DNA of 64,000 nt from Octopus vulgaris (taxonomy: Eukaryota): contig OX597827.1 in assembly GCA_951406725.2 (NCBI GenBank), forward strand, positions 22,320,001-22,384,000. The letters are read 5' to 3'. The notes beneath the pieces were generated by a model, which did not search any database, was not told where the DNA came from, and was given only the letters and a program-made list of their open reading frames with translations. Of the stretch, positions 11,984 to 25,460 are shown piece after piece. Both the position numbers and the translations under genes were made by a program. Numbering within the stretch: position 1 is the first letter of the stretch; each line of letters begins with the position of its first letter.

Positions 11984-14900
11984 ACTGTCAGTGCTGGGTT
12001 AGTGAAGGGATTTGAGCACACTTCATTTATAAAATGCCCTTATGGCCTGCGCAAAACGTAGCCTCTGATAATCAAGCCCGACCTCTTTGCCGAACAACCA
12101 CGAGAAGGGAGTAAAAAGGTAAGTGTCTGGTGTCTTCAAATAGCCAGTGTTCTGAGTAGGCTATACTCGTTAGCCTTGGATGGAAAGCAGCCTAGAAGGA
12201 CCACTCTGATTTCAAGACCAGAGGAGCAAGGCCTGTGCCATCTTGTCGGGCAATCTTCCTAGAGATGGTGCCCGATAAAAATACCGGTTGGTAGTAACCT
12301 AAAAACACACCTCATTTGTGAGTGAAAATGCCAAGCAAAGTAGCTAACGATAACGGTGTGAACGGGACTGGAACCACTGGTAAAGGTGCCGCACCCAGTA
12401 GGTGTCCCACTGTGCAGCAGGATAGGCCCGGTCGTATTCCAGCCACTGCTAGCCATACTACAAGACATAAGTGGAATAAACAAGTAAATATGATGGTTAT
12501 GGAGTGTTACTACCGGAGCAACCCAGTCGATGCGAATGGTGTGTCTGTCAGAGAGTACAGAAAAGGAATTCACAGAGAATGGAAGGCAATGGATCTGTAT
12601 GAAATTACTGAACAGAGATTATGTGACCAAGCAAGAGGAATATGAAAGAATGGATGGTTAACTGAATTGTAGCTGGAAGCTATTAAAAGAAGAATATCAG
12701 GTGATGTTGGGTAAGAAGAGATGGACAATTGTTCGCACGAATTAGACTACCGTGGATCGCGAAAGAATCGAGATCAGTGACTATTTAAGCAATGAAAACC
12801 AAATAATAATAAACAGGATTTTGGATCTATCAAATACAGAAGAGATAGAATTTATGTGCGTTTTTAAGAAGGCTGACCAATGGAGACTAAATCAAGAGAC
12901 AAGTAAAGTGAATAATGTATTGAGACACGTGGAAACAAAGAACATCACACAAACAAATAAACTCATCTGGACTGCAAGTAGGATTGTGGCAGAAAGGATG
13001 GGATTGAGAAGTATTGAGAACAGAACATCGAAGGATGGAAAAGGAGAATATCAAAAGATATAAGCTACCTGAACAGTGTCAATACTTGTGAGGAAAAGAA
13101 AAGCAGAATTGAAGAATTATTGCAAATTTGAAAAAAACGAGGAAGGAGTAGGGTGTAAATACAAAAGGTCTAAATGTTGTAATTGAAGAACTGAAGCAGT
13201 GTATACTCGCCAAAAAAGCGAAGCTAACTAGGTTTGAACAATGGATTAAGCAATATCGGCAAAACCAATTGTTTAGAATCGACCAAAATAGATTTTATCA
13301 AGAAATTGATGATGATATAGAATGTGAAAGATTAGTTCTTGATCCTGATGAAAGTTGATAGTTCTAGGGTAAGATATGGAGTAAGTAAGAACATAACACT
13401 GCGGCCGAATGGCTCTGCAGCCTGAAGCAAACAGCTTCTTATCACCAGTAAGAGGCTATCCACTTCACAGAAGACAGTATCAGAAATATGAGTAATAAGG
13501 TAAACAATTGAAAAGCAGCAGAGGGATTTTGGGTAAAAATGTTCAGTAGGTAACATCAATTGATCGCAGAGCAATTTAATGCATTGATCGATGGAGAAGA
13601 AGAAATCCCGGATTGGTTGACAAAAGGACGAACACTGTTGTGTCTAAAGAATGCATCCGAAGGAAACGCTGCCGACAATTACAGGCCAATTTCCTGTCTC
13701 CCATTAATGTGGAAGTTACTGTCAGGAGGAAGTGTAGAAGAACTACAAATTTCTTGATGAGAACGATATGTTACAGACAGAACAAAAAGGTTGTAGGAGG
13801 AGATGCAGAGGCACCAAAGACCAATTATTGACAGACAAAATAGTAATGCAAGATTGTAAACGAAGGAGAACAAATTTGGGAATGGCCTGGATTGACTATC
13901 GCGAAGCTTATGACAGGGTTCCACAATTGTGAATCATCGAATGCTTAGATTTGTTTGGAATTACGAGGAATGTAACGTGTTTTTTGAGAAGTATGGTGGG
14001 TGGAAAACTGAGATGACATCCTACGGAAAAAGCTTGGGCACCCTGGGTATCAGAAGAGGGATTTTCCAAGGTTTATCTCTGTTGCTTTTTGTTCTCTGCA
14101 CGATCCCTGTGATTCTGGTACTTCGAAAAATGAACCTGAGATATCAGCTAAAGGGAAACTCTCAAACAATCAATCACTTACTCTTCATGGATGATTTGAA
14201 GCTGTGTGGCAAGGATGCGGCACATGTGAGCTCTTTGGTGAGCACGGCCCACTGTTTTAGTGCTGATATTAGAGTGAAATTCGAACTCAAGAAGTGTGGT
14301 ATAATGTACCTGAAAACAGGGAAGGTACGGTCCCTAGCAGGGATAGAACTACCTAATAGAGAACGGATTAAAAAATTGAAACAGAAGGCTACAAATACCT
14401 TGGCATACAAGAATTCAGCGATATCATGGAGAAGGAAATGAAAGAACAACTGAGGATGGAATATTTCCAAAGACTAAGATTGGTGTTGTACTCAAAGTTG
14501 ACCGGATGGAATAAAATCCAGGCAGTTTAATACGTGGGCGATAACATCACTTCGGTATAAAGCTGGAATCATAATAGGGCTAAAGAAAGAACTGATGAAC
14601 ATGGATACGAAGCCAAGAAAAATATTGACAGTGACACCGATAAGCTGTACTTGGCCAGAAGAAAGGGTGGAAGAGGTTGGATCAGTTGCCAGGACTGTAT
14701 CGAAGCGGAGGAAAAAAAGGCCGTGGAGCCCCTGTCGAAACACACGAAGAATGCCAGCGTCATTAAAACTGAAAATTGTGTAACTAAGGAAAATTTAAAC
14801 AACAAATAAAACAAGAAGAAAGAAAAAAACTAAAGCATGGAAGGAAAAGAAAATGTACGGTCAGTTTGCAAGAGAAGTGAACACCAAGACAGATACAGAA

Positions 14901-14992
14901 GACCGGTAGCTATGGATGAGGGGAAGTGACCTGAAGATAGAGTCAGAAGCACTCATATGCGCAGCTCAGGAACAAGCGTTAAAGACCAACAT
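11984..14992 (+). mobile_element. Decayed R4/Dong-clade non-LTR retrotransposon, 3' truncated
   Basis: RHKWNKQVN..VMECYY..EQRLCDQARGI N-terminal block; [21 protein letters not shown]; [23 protein letters not shown]; IRRGIFQG; INHLLFMDDLKL; ends at ESEALICAAQEQALKTN. Many stops; abuts (TAA)n/(GAA)n. Confidence 0.85.
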
Positions 14993-15299
14993 TACTTATG
15001 TCCCAATGATAATCGTGCACTAAATATTTTTGCCCAAAGCTCCCGAGAAAATGGACCTAAATGGACAGTTTTTGTATGTAGGGTCTTCCATACCTTTTTA
15101 ATCTTTTTATAAAAGTAAAAGATTTTGTCTATTTATATATTTTAACTGTCCACCTGTGACGGTGATTAAATTGACTAGGAACACTGTACACGATGAATAT
15201 CCAATACCAAACAATCTTAATCTCCATATTTAAACGGAATTAAACTTTGGCAAGCTTACCATTACCTATTCTGAGTTACTTGATGCATACATACATACA

Positions 15300-15331
<32 letters not shown>

Positions 15332-15372
15332 CGTAAATGTACATCTGCTTGTATACATTCATATATATGTAA

Positions 15373-15550
<178 letters not shown>

Positions 15551-15599
15551 TATGTGTATATATATATATATATATATGTAATAATATAAATAATATATA

Positions 15600-15930
15600 A
15601 ATATATGTATATATACATACATATATGTACATACCTACATATATATTTATATATACATGCATATATGGGTATAGGACATAAAAAACACGTTGAACACAAT
15701 GAGAAACAAAAACATAGAAACGAACTTTTTCTCAAGCAACGAAAAAAACAGACAAACGAGACATACGATATGAAGAATATTCCCCTTCTTCAGTTGCCCC
15801 TGTTTCATCTACTCCGCGTTGCGAAGGTAAAGACAAGACGCGACTTCGTTGAAACAGTTTTTCCCGCAAAGCAAATTAAATAAAATTTGCGATTTTTTGC
15901 GGAGGGTGGAAGTGGTAACAAGAACAGCAC
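15600..15930 (-). mobile_element. (TA)n-anchored element with reversed-order hammerhead-like boxes
   Basis: Homologous to 20397-20620 and 57490-57735 (shared tacccatatatgcatgtatatat tail). Confidence 0.7.
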
Positions 15931-16274
15931 AGGTTAAACCATTAGCCTAAACAGCTATAAATACGGATAAAAGTCTTTCAAAGTCTTTCATGGTGAATCT
16001 ACTCGAGCTAGAAACAACCAGCCAAATTTTCTCCGGAATTATAAAACGAGAGACCACTAAACCGGAGCATTGAAATCAGTGTTAAATACACTAAACTTTA
16101 TGATAGCATGTTGGCGTTAATATACGCGCGCGCCGAGAACTACGTTCACATTGCGTCATAGCATAAGTAACAATGTATTGCGTTGACAGTATTTCTGAGG
16201 CGGAATCACTCCGTGTGCAACAAGGATGAGTCTTTGTAAAACAGATGCAATCGATCTGCTAGGCTTCTACACTT

Positions 16275-16692
16275 TCTTATTTCTTTGTTGCCCACAACGG
16301 GCTAAACATAGAGGGGACAAACAAGGACAGACAAAGGGACTAAGTCGATTACATCGACCCAGTTCGTAACTGGTACTTAATTTATCGACTCCGAAAGGAT
16401 GAAAGGCAAAGTTGGCGTCGGCGGAATTTGAACTCAGAACGTAACGGCAGACGAAATACCTATTTCTTTACTACCCACAGGGGGCTAAACACAGAGGAGA
16501 CAAACAAGGACAGGCAAAAGGATTAAGTCGATTACATCGACCCCAGTGCGTAACTGGTACTTATTTAATCGACCCCGAAAGGACGAAAGGCAAAGTCGAC
16601 CTCGGCGGAATTTGAACTCAGAACGTAACGGCAGACGAAATACGGCTACGCATTTCGCCCGGCGTGCTAACGTTTCTGTCAGCTCGCCGCCT
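16275..16692 (-). mobile_element. SINE family B, two nested or tandem units
   Basis: The body and tail occur twice, joined at aaagaaata|ggtatttcgtc. Confidence 0.9.
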
Positions 16693-16924
16693 GAGACTTT
16701 TACAGTTTCTTTCAACCCAATTTCATTCTCAAAGCTTGAGTCGACGCGTGGCTAGCGCAAAAGACAGTTGCCTAAGGTGCATCGCAGTGTAAACGAACCT
16801 GGGAACGCATGGTTGGGAAGTGAATTACTGCCACGCCTGCATTCATAATATACTGATACATAATAACTGAAGCTCATCAGATGTTATTTGGGCTCGTTTT
16901 ATATGTGGTGTATGTACACCACGG

Positions 16925-17220
16925 TAACACGGTATCAACCAGACTATCGGATGTTGTCATACATCGCTAGTCACGATGCGCTATGACTCATTTTAGCTTT
17001 CGAATGACGTCACTCTGTTGGCTAGTGAGCAGGTCAACAGCTCCATTAAAAACAGAGGGTTAGTCCGTCGTAGGGTTATCCGTTTACAGCTGGATGGACT
17101 GGAGCAATGTAAAATGGAGTGTTTTACAACAGAACACCACGTACTGCCCGGCCCAGGAGTCGAACTCATGATCTAGCGATCGTAAGTACAACAGCCTAAT
17201 CACTACGCTACGCGCCTTTA
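16925..17220 (-). mobile_element. tRNA-derived SINE family D (C-like head, different tail)
   Basis: Colinear with 30620-30918; the head also occurs at 21422-21555. Confidence 0.75.
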
Positions 17221-17487
17221 CGCTCTATGTACATACACAGGTGGCAGAAAAAAACATGAAATCAAGCTGACTTGTTTCTAGGTGTTTGTTACACCTCCAT
17301 CAGACAAAGATTACCCACGCCATGTTCCCAGAGATATTAGCAGCCAACAGTTATTTGTAGCGATAGAAATTAGACGAGTCTGTTTACTTTGCGTTACAGT
17401 GCAAATCACTTTTTTCTGCACACTTGTCGATAAATGCTACAGTGAAACCAGAGTGTTTAGTCTTTAACGTAGGGTCAATATGTATGG

Positions 17488-17524
<37 letters not shown>

Positions 17525-17525
<1 letters not shown>

Positions 17526-17760
17526 TTTATTTAAAAGCAGCAGAAATATAACAAAAGATGTCACTCAGAGTTTCACGTTTCCGTTCGTCGGACAGTTTTG
17601 TTCTATTTTAACAAAACTGTCCGACGAACGGGAACGTGAGATTCTGAGTAACAGCTTTTGTTGAATTTTCTGCTGCTTTTAAATAAAGTATATTACTCTA
17701 CCTCTGGTATTTGAGTACACTTTTTTCCACCTTGTTTCACATTTATGTGCTTACTCCAGT
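17525..17760 (+). mobile_element. Fold-back HHR element between (TA)n tracts
   Basis: Arms 17525-17602 and 17610-17688; each arm carries ctgt-CCGACGA-acg(gRaa)cgt-GARA-Ytctgag-TR-aca; the family recurs at 49685-49842 and 29147-29190. Confidence 0.85.
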
Positions 17761-17770
17761 ATATATATAT

Positions 17771-18103
17771 ATGCATATGTGGGCATGAGACGTCATGAAA
17801 CGTATACAGCAAAAAAGTACGAAGCACGAGTACATGGAACATGAACTATTCTTTCAAACAACAAAAGACACAAATGGAAAATAAAACAAACATAAAGAAC
17901 GACCCTTCATCAGTTGTTGGCTGTTTTTCTAGTCTCGTATTTCGAGCATAACAGCCAACAACTGATGAAGGGACGTTCTTTATGTAAGTTTTATTTTCCA
18001 TTTGTGTCTTCCATTATTTGAAAGAATTGTCCATGTTCCATGTACTCGTGCTTCGTACTTTTTTGTCGTACACGTTTCATGACGTACTGTGCCCACATAT
18101 GCA
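17771..18103. repeat. Fold-back element with ~155-bp inverted arms containing CTGATGA
   Basis: Arms 17771-17925 and 17950-18103; related copies at ~20020-20120 and 20240-20398. Confidence 0.85.
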
Positions 18104-18232
18104 TATATATGTACGTATAGATGTAAATATGTACATATACGTATGTATATATGCATATATATATATATATATATTATTTATATTATTATATAAGTGAACG
18201 CCACGCATCCTCTTCCAAGTAAGTTTTAACTG

Positions 18233-18289
<57 letters not shown>

Positions 18290-18290
<1 letters not shown>

Positions 18291-18610
18291 GTGGCTAAGT
18301 TGTTAGGGCATTCGGCTCAGGCTAACGATCGTAAGGTCGTGAGTTCAATTCCCGGCGACGCGTTGTGTCCTTGAGCAAAACATTTTCTTTCGCGATACTC
18401 CAGTTCACTCAGCTGGCAAAAATGAGTTGTACCTGTATTTCAAAGGACCAGCCTTGTCACGCTTTGTGTTACGCTGAATCTCCCGGAGAACTACGTTAAG
18501 GATACATATATCAGTGGAGTGCTCTGCCACTTGCACGTTAATTACGCTCGCAAGGTGTTCCGTTGATCGTATCAGCTGGGACCCGCGTCGTCGTAACCGA
18601 TGGAGTGCTC
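18290..18610 (+). mobile_element. SINE family C
   Basis: Colinear with 1036-1350. Confidence 0.8.
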
Positions 18611-18620
18611 CTATATATAT

Positions 18621-18675
<55 letters not shown>

Positions 18676-18733
18676 TACATAATTAAGGATAAAATCAATT
18701 ACCATATAGGTAAAAATTATATAGATTTAATTA

Positions 18734-19058
18734 TAATTAAGGGTGCTGAGAAACAGCACCTAGATGCTAGAGACATCAGATTACTCTAAAAACCACTTCA
18801 AATTACATTCCATTAGCACAAGACTGGAGACGAGGAAATGAATAAAAGAGATTTAATAAAAATATTCTTTTAGGTTAATTCTAGGTCGTCCGATTTCTGG
18901 TTTAGTAATATAATTACTTTACCATCACCAGTAGAATACACCAATAGTACATAAATGTAAATATATATAAGGCCCATGGAGTGTAATTTGAAGTGGTTTC
19001 TAGAGTCATTTGACGTATATCGCTAGCATATAGGTACTGTTTTCAGTGCCCTTGATTA
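18734..19058. repeat. Fold-back element with a degenerate HHR-like motif in the spacer
   Basis: Arms 18734-18813 and 18976-19058; minus strand 18881-18934 reads cta-CTGGTGA-tggt...acca-GAAA. Confidence 0.7.
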
Positions 19059-19069
19059 TATATATATAC

Positions 19070-19340
19070 TTTTATCTTTTACTTGTTTCAGTCATTTTAC
19101 TGCGGCCATGCTGAGGCCCCGCTGAATGAACGGTTGTCAAGCAGTGGTGGGGAACAAATACAGACACACAGACACATGCATAAACGCATATTCATTTGTA
19201 TATATACCACGGGCTTCTTTCACTTTCCGTATACCAAATCCACTCACGAGGCTTTGGTCGGCCTGGAAATATAGAAGAAGATACTTTCCCAAATTCTTAT
19301 GAACTTTGAACCATGTGGTTGGGAAGCAAACTTCTTACCA

Positions 19341-19348
<8 letters not shown>
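19070..19348 (-). mobile_element. SINE family A, internally deleted
   Basis: Tail, middle and head segments are recognisable. Confidence 0.75.
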
Positions 19349-19697
<349 letters not shown>

Positions 19698-20117
19698 ATT
19701 AATGAAGAAACCGCTTTCACGTGCAAAAAAAACACACACTGTTATGCAAATTAGACACACCAGTTTAAGCATGTTTTGCACTATTAATAATTATCAGCTG
19801 CTGATCTTTCTATCGATAGAACATGGATTTCTTTTCCGCAATGAAAGCCTAACAAGACTAGAATCAAGTGAGATCGATCCGACATTTTCTGCTCTTGGAG
19901 ATGTAGAAATCTGACTTGCAAACATTATAATTTTATGAAAACAATAAGCTTTACAAGTTACACACACAAACACGCACACACACACACACATATACATATC
20001 TACATACACACATATGAATGAATATTGTTTTCCATTTGTTTCTCTTGTCGTTCGCATACCAAAGTTTGTCTTCGTATTTCATATTGTTTACGTTTTGTGA
20101 CGTCCTGTACCCATATA

Positions 20118-20191
<74 letters not shown>

Positions 20192-20239
20192 GAAATGTTG
20201 TTGAGGTATATGTGGCTGATGAAGATAAATCAATGAAAT

Positions 20240-20620
20240 GAGCAGATGGACAGCCGACAACTGATGAAGGGTCGTTTTTTTATGTTACTTGCCTTGTTTT
20301 CCATTTGTTTCTCTCGTTGTTCGCATACCAAAGTGTGTCTTCGTATTTCATGCTATTTTCGTATTTCGTATTTCATGTTGTTTACTTTTGTGACGTCCCT
20401 TCGAAACACGCATTGAGTCGAAACAGGGGCAGCTGAAGAAGGGGAATGTTCCTTGTGTTGGTTGTCTTGTACTCTGTTTTTTCGTTGTTAAAAAAGTCCG
20501 TTTCCTTGTTTGGTTTCATGTTTTCGTTTCTCGCTGTGTTCTACGTTTATTTGTGGTGTCCTGTACCCATATATGCATGTATATATACATATAGATGTAG
20601 GTATGTACATATATGTATGT
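20240..20620 (+). mobile_element. Two adjacent TA-anchored elements with CTGATGA/CTGAAGA boxes
   Basis: 20240-20398 matches the 17950-18103 family; 20397-20620 matches the 15600-15930 family. Confidence 0.7.
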
Positions 20621-20658
20621 AAGTATGTATGCATATGTTTTATTTATTATATTGTTAT

Positions 20659-20715
<57 letters not shown>

Positions 20716-20722
20716 ATATATG

Positions 20723-20782
<60 letters not shown>

Positions 20783-20944
20783 TATATATATGTACATATA
20801 TGTATATACGCATATATATGCATATATATATAAATATATATATATGTATATATATGTATATATACATATAGATATATGCACACACACATACATTCATACA
20901 TACATACATACATACATACATACATACATACATACATACATAAA

Positions 20945-21400
20945 TGCATGAAAACAATGCCAGTCATATGGCAAAACCCGGCCAACGGCATATCAGAATC
21001 AAATTTTATAAAATGTTGACAACCTTTCTGAGCGTAATCTTCCAAGGTCACGATGGCGTCATCACAGCTGGGATGAAAGAGGTTTGGGGAAGGGCTGAAC
21101 GAGTTTTGATCATGAAAAATCTGTGCTGACAGAGGTGCGGTGGCATATGAGGAAGTATGTCACGGACGGCTGGGTTCCAGGAAAGTATTGGAGTCTGTTT
21201 CACACTCGTGGATATTTGCGTCCCTCTGACAAACTAAAGTTCCAGATACCATTTTCAAGGCCACAAACAACCTGACTTTACCCTGGGCCACCAACCAGGG
21301 AGCCATAGGGTAAAATACCACTGAGGTATCTTTCAAGGGAACAGTCTTCTCCGTGAAACTGTTTATCTCCGCATGTTTTTTTCTGCCACGGAAATAAACA
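20945..21400 (-). mobile_element. Highly decayed CR1/L2-like LINE fragment (region upstream of RT)
   Basis: Weak similarity of ..KTVPLK..MAPWL.. and ..[14 protein letters not shown] to the LINE 'PW' and 'KA.GPD' regions. Confidence 0.35.
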
Positions 21401-21421
21401 TGTGTATGTACATAAAGCATA

Positions 21422-21555
21422 CAGGCGCGTGGCATAGTGCTTAGGTTGTTGCACCCACGATCGCTAGATCATGAGTTCGACTCCTGGACCGGGCAGCACG
21501 TTGTGTTGTGTAGCAAAACACTTTATTTCACGTTGCTCCAGTCCAACCAGCTGTT
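21422..21555 (+). mobile_element. SINE C/D head fragment
   Basis: ggcgcgtggcatagtgcttagg ... gagttcgactcc ... cactttatttcacgttgctccagtcc. Confidence 0.75.
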
Positions 21556-21779
21556 TATATATGAATCCTTCATTGTTTTTTTAAATTAAGAATACGTGAT
21601 TCAATCAGAAGGGAAGAGAAACACCAGCGTCATAGGTAGCTTCTTTCTGGACGATCTGAAAGTATGTCACAATACGCACGACACGAAGAAGAGTCAGACC
21701 TGTAAACGTCATCATTAAAGGAGACAGGGAAGGAATTTGGTCAGGATAAACGTTCCAAAAAGAGTGTTAATCGGTGGAG

Positions 21780-22490
21780 AATTAACAAAGACGGTCTAGC
21801 AACATCTCTCTTCCATGGATTGACTATTTTTTTGCTATCTGACGAGAAATACAACGTCTACTTAGAAATGGCTGAAATTATGTGCTGTGATGTAACTTTT
21901 TATTAAGGGAGGCGTAACTAGGGAACATCATACAGGAATTAAAAAAAAACAAACAATAATATCCTCAGAGCATTGGTCATGTAAGAACTGATGCAAACTC
22001 AATGGAATTAACACCGAAGACATTAACTACACAATAAGGAGCTGTCTCAAGACGTTATTACAATGCGGTCTATCTATGCGGCATGATGCCCTGGCCAAAA
22101 CGTCGTACTTTGAGATTCATTGAAAGAATAGTCTCCAGGATCAAAATATAAGAAGCTACAGTGATGTGGAGGGCATCATCAATCATTATATGAAGATGGA
22201 ATATTTCTGTGAAAAGCTGTGTCAAATATAAACATAACAGACGAGATGTAATGACCTAGAACGAAGTAATGAAGGCACAAACGGTCGTGAAAATCAACCG
22301 GCCAACGGATGTTAAAGGTAAGTGAGCGACTAAAGATCAACGGCGAAATAATCCGATATCTACCAGTAAGAAACCCGGCTTTAAATTTTCACCTGCGAAG
22401 ATTGAGAGTCGTTTATTGCGTAACTGTCTGCCAAAGCATCAACATTACGAAGCTGGTCTTCACACAACCAGAACGGATATTTGGTAATTA
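21780..22490 (+). mobile_element. R4/Dong-like 3' fragment (zinc knuckle and restriction-like endonuclease region)
   Basis: EDINYTIRSC...RHDALAK (~22016-22100) and RWNISVKSCVKYKHNRRDVMT*..VVKINRPTD (~22194-22310) resemble the 'H...C..RHD' and 'HN.PD..E..CP.D' RLE motifs. Confidence 0.6.
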
Positions 22491-22585
22491 GGAAATTACT
22501 AAATTACAATCAACGATGACTGGGGCTGTGAAACTAAAACATTCCAGAATTTCACTCTGTAAAAAGTGCATGCACACACATGACT

Positions 22586-22652
<67 letters not shown>

Positions 22653-22658
22653 TATATA

Positions 22659-22827
22659 GGCGCAGGAGTGACTGTGTGGTAAGAGGCTTGCTTCCCAATT
22701 TCCAGCCACATGGTTCCGGGTTCAGTCCCACTGCGTGGCACTTTGGGCAAGTGCCTTCTACTATAGCCTCGGGCCGGCTAAAGCCTTGTGAGTGGATTTG
22801 GTAGACAGAAACTGAAAGAAGCCCGTC

Positions 22828-22875
<48 letters not shown>

Positions 22876-23080
22876 TATTCGTATCTGTGTTTGTTCCCCC
22901 ACAATCGCTTGACAACCGATGTTGGTGTGTTTACTTGCCCGTCACTTAGCGGTTCGGCAAAAGATACCGATAGAATAAGTACTAGGCTTACAAAGATTAA
23001 GTCCTGGGGTCGATCTCTTCGGCTAAAGCTGGTGCCCCAGCATGGCCGCAGTCAAATGACTGAAACAAGTAAAAGAATAA
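22659..23080 (+). mobile_element. SINE family A, full length
   Basis: Head, internal (TA)n and tail are all present. Confidence 0.9.
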
Positions 23081-23094
23081 AAAAATATATATAC

Positions 23095-23146
<52 letters not shown>

Positions 23147-23204
23147 ATGGATGGATGGATGGATGGATGCATGTATATGAGTGTATACATGTGATATTAC
23201 ACAC

Positions 23205-23235
<31 letters not shown>

Positions 23236-23891
23236 TGTATGTATGTATGTATGTATGTATGTATGTATGTATGTATGTGTGCATGTGTATGTATGTATGT
23301 GTATGTATATCTACATGTATGTATGTATGTATGTATGTATGTATGTATGAATGTGCACATACATAACATCAAACATGTGGGTCTACACATGGAATGACAT
23401 ACATTTGCAGTTACTACTTTCACTATGTACATGCAAATAGAACTTCAGACATGAATACATATTTTATGTACCCCCCACATGCGCATGCGCGTGTACAGAT
23501 GTTGTTTGAATCTGGGTTACGTCGTTTTGCCACTAAAAGCATAAACTGGTTTCACTTCGCTTCTTTTTTTTCCCATTATTTGTCAACTAATTAATTAATC
23601 AACCAATTAACTAATCGATTACTTGACTAATCGCTAGATCAATCAATCAGTTGGTGTATGAAAATTCTTCCGCCACCACTGACGACATCAACCACGTGAC
23701 ATCCTTTCCTCGGCTCCATATTCTTATCACCATTCTCAGTTATTTTTATTTCACACCAAATCGAATTCAATAAAAAAATATCTCTTCTTTCGAAATCAAT
23801 CAACAATTGAAGAGTTCTCCTAGAAGTTTGCCGCTCGTTGTGTTTTCTTAATATCTTCCTACCTACCTACGTATCTTTGTATTTGTACCCC

Positions 23892-24001
<110 letters not shown>

Positions 24002-24984
24002 ATGCATATATATATATATATATATATATATTCATGTTTGTTGTCACTAATTTCTGGTTGTCCTTGTCATCATCATCATCATCGTCGTCGTCGTCATCAT
24101 CATCACCACCGCTGCCACCACCACCACTAGTACGTCGTCCGCCAACACTACTATCCCCACTACCCACCACTACCATCCCCTATACCAGTCACTACCCTCA
24201 CCACCACCATCACCACAATATCACCATCATCACTACCATCGTCTGCACAACCAGGCAACACTCAATAGGCAGGAACTATGCCTCTGCGCCGATCCAAAAG
24301 TTCCATTTCAGACCGTCAGAGGAAAATGGAAACCATTGAAGAACTACATCACTTCCGGTACGGTTTGACCTAGATTGATGCTATGACAGATTATTTTAGG
24401 TGTGGGAATGAAAAGAAATGGCGAAATAGTGAGTATTTGTGTGCGTGCGTGCGTGTGTGTGTGTGTGTGTGTGTGTGTAGCAAATATTTCCATCTTTTTA
24501 CTCAAATTTTGTTCATTTGATACATTATTCCTTGAATCATCCGAAGAATAATTCAGTAATGGACAAACCAACAGATAACTCATGGTTTGGACTGTTCTGC
24601 CATTCTAGTGGCATTCCACATTCTGCCCTTGTGTCCCTTTGATATCTCTGGTTACACCAAACCAAAGGAAGAACAAATTACAACATTCCCGCTTTCTCCA
24701 AGTGGGCACTCAGCTCTTTTGTAAATGTTCTACTTATTCAAGCTTTACATCATGCATTGGTGAAATATTTACCAATCTTTCCTTCCACCACTATATACAA
24801 GTACAAGTACAACGGATATTATGAGACTTTCTCTGATTTTTAATCTTCTTCGTAATTATTGATATCCATATAATAGCTGTCTTTTGTCTGTTTTGCTGGT
24901 CCAATCCCACAGAGCAATGTTAACCAACAGGTAAGGATTATTAATGCATGGACCTCAGTCTGAAATATCCATCCATCAATCCAT

Positions 24985-25028
<44 letters not shown>

Positions 25029-25029
25029 T

Positions 25030-25190
25030 GTAAATGTAAGGAACGAAAACAAATAGAAAAAAATAGGTGGGACAAGTTTTGACAAATAGTGTTTGGTTAA
25101 CCACTTAAACTAAGAAGGGAAATAGTTTCAACGTTTCGGATGTTAATCTTTTCGCAGAAGGAAACAAAAAATGGATTACTATAGCGCAAT
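25030..25190 (-). mobile_element. TA-anchored element with a degenerate HHR motif
   Basis: Minus strand tt-CTGCGAA-aagat(taac)atcc-GAAA-cg-TT-gaa; same layout as 9978-10168. Confidence 0.4.
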
Positions 25191-25254
25191 GGTAGAATGT
25201 CTGCTCTGCTCTGCTGTGTGCGTGTGTGAATGTATGTGTGTGTGCGCGCGCGCG

Positions 25255-25460
25255 TCTTTGTGGCTGTTTTTGTCCCCCGCCATTGCTTGACAACCAGTGT
25301 TGGTGTGTTTACGTCCATGTAACCTAGCGTTTCGACAAAAGTGGCCGCTAGGATAAGTATCAGGCTTTAATAAAAGTACTGGGATCGATTCATTTGACTA
25401 GATATTTTTGAATGTGGTACCCCAGGATGGTCGCAGTCTAATGACTGAAACAAGTAAAAT
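25255..25460 (+). mobile_element. SINE family A 3' half (diverged)
   Basis: gcttgacaacc ... atgactgaaacaagtaaaa. Confidence 0.75.
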
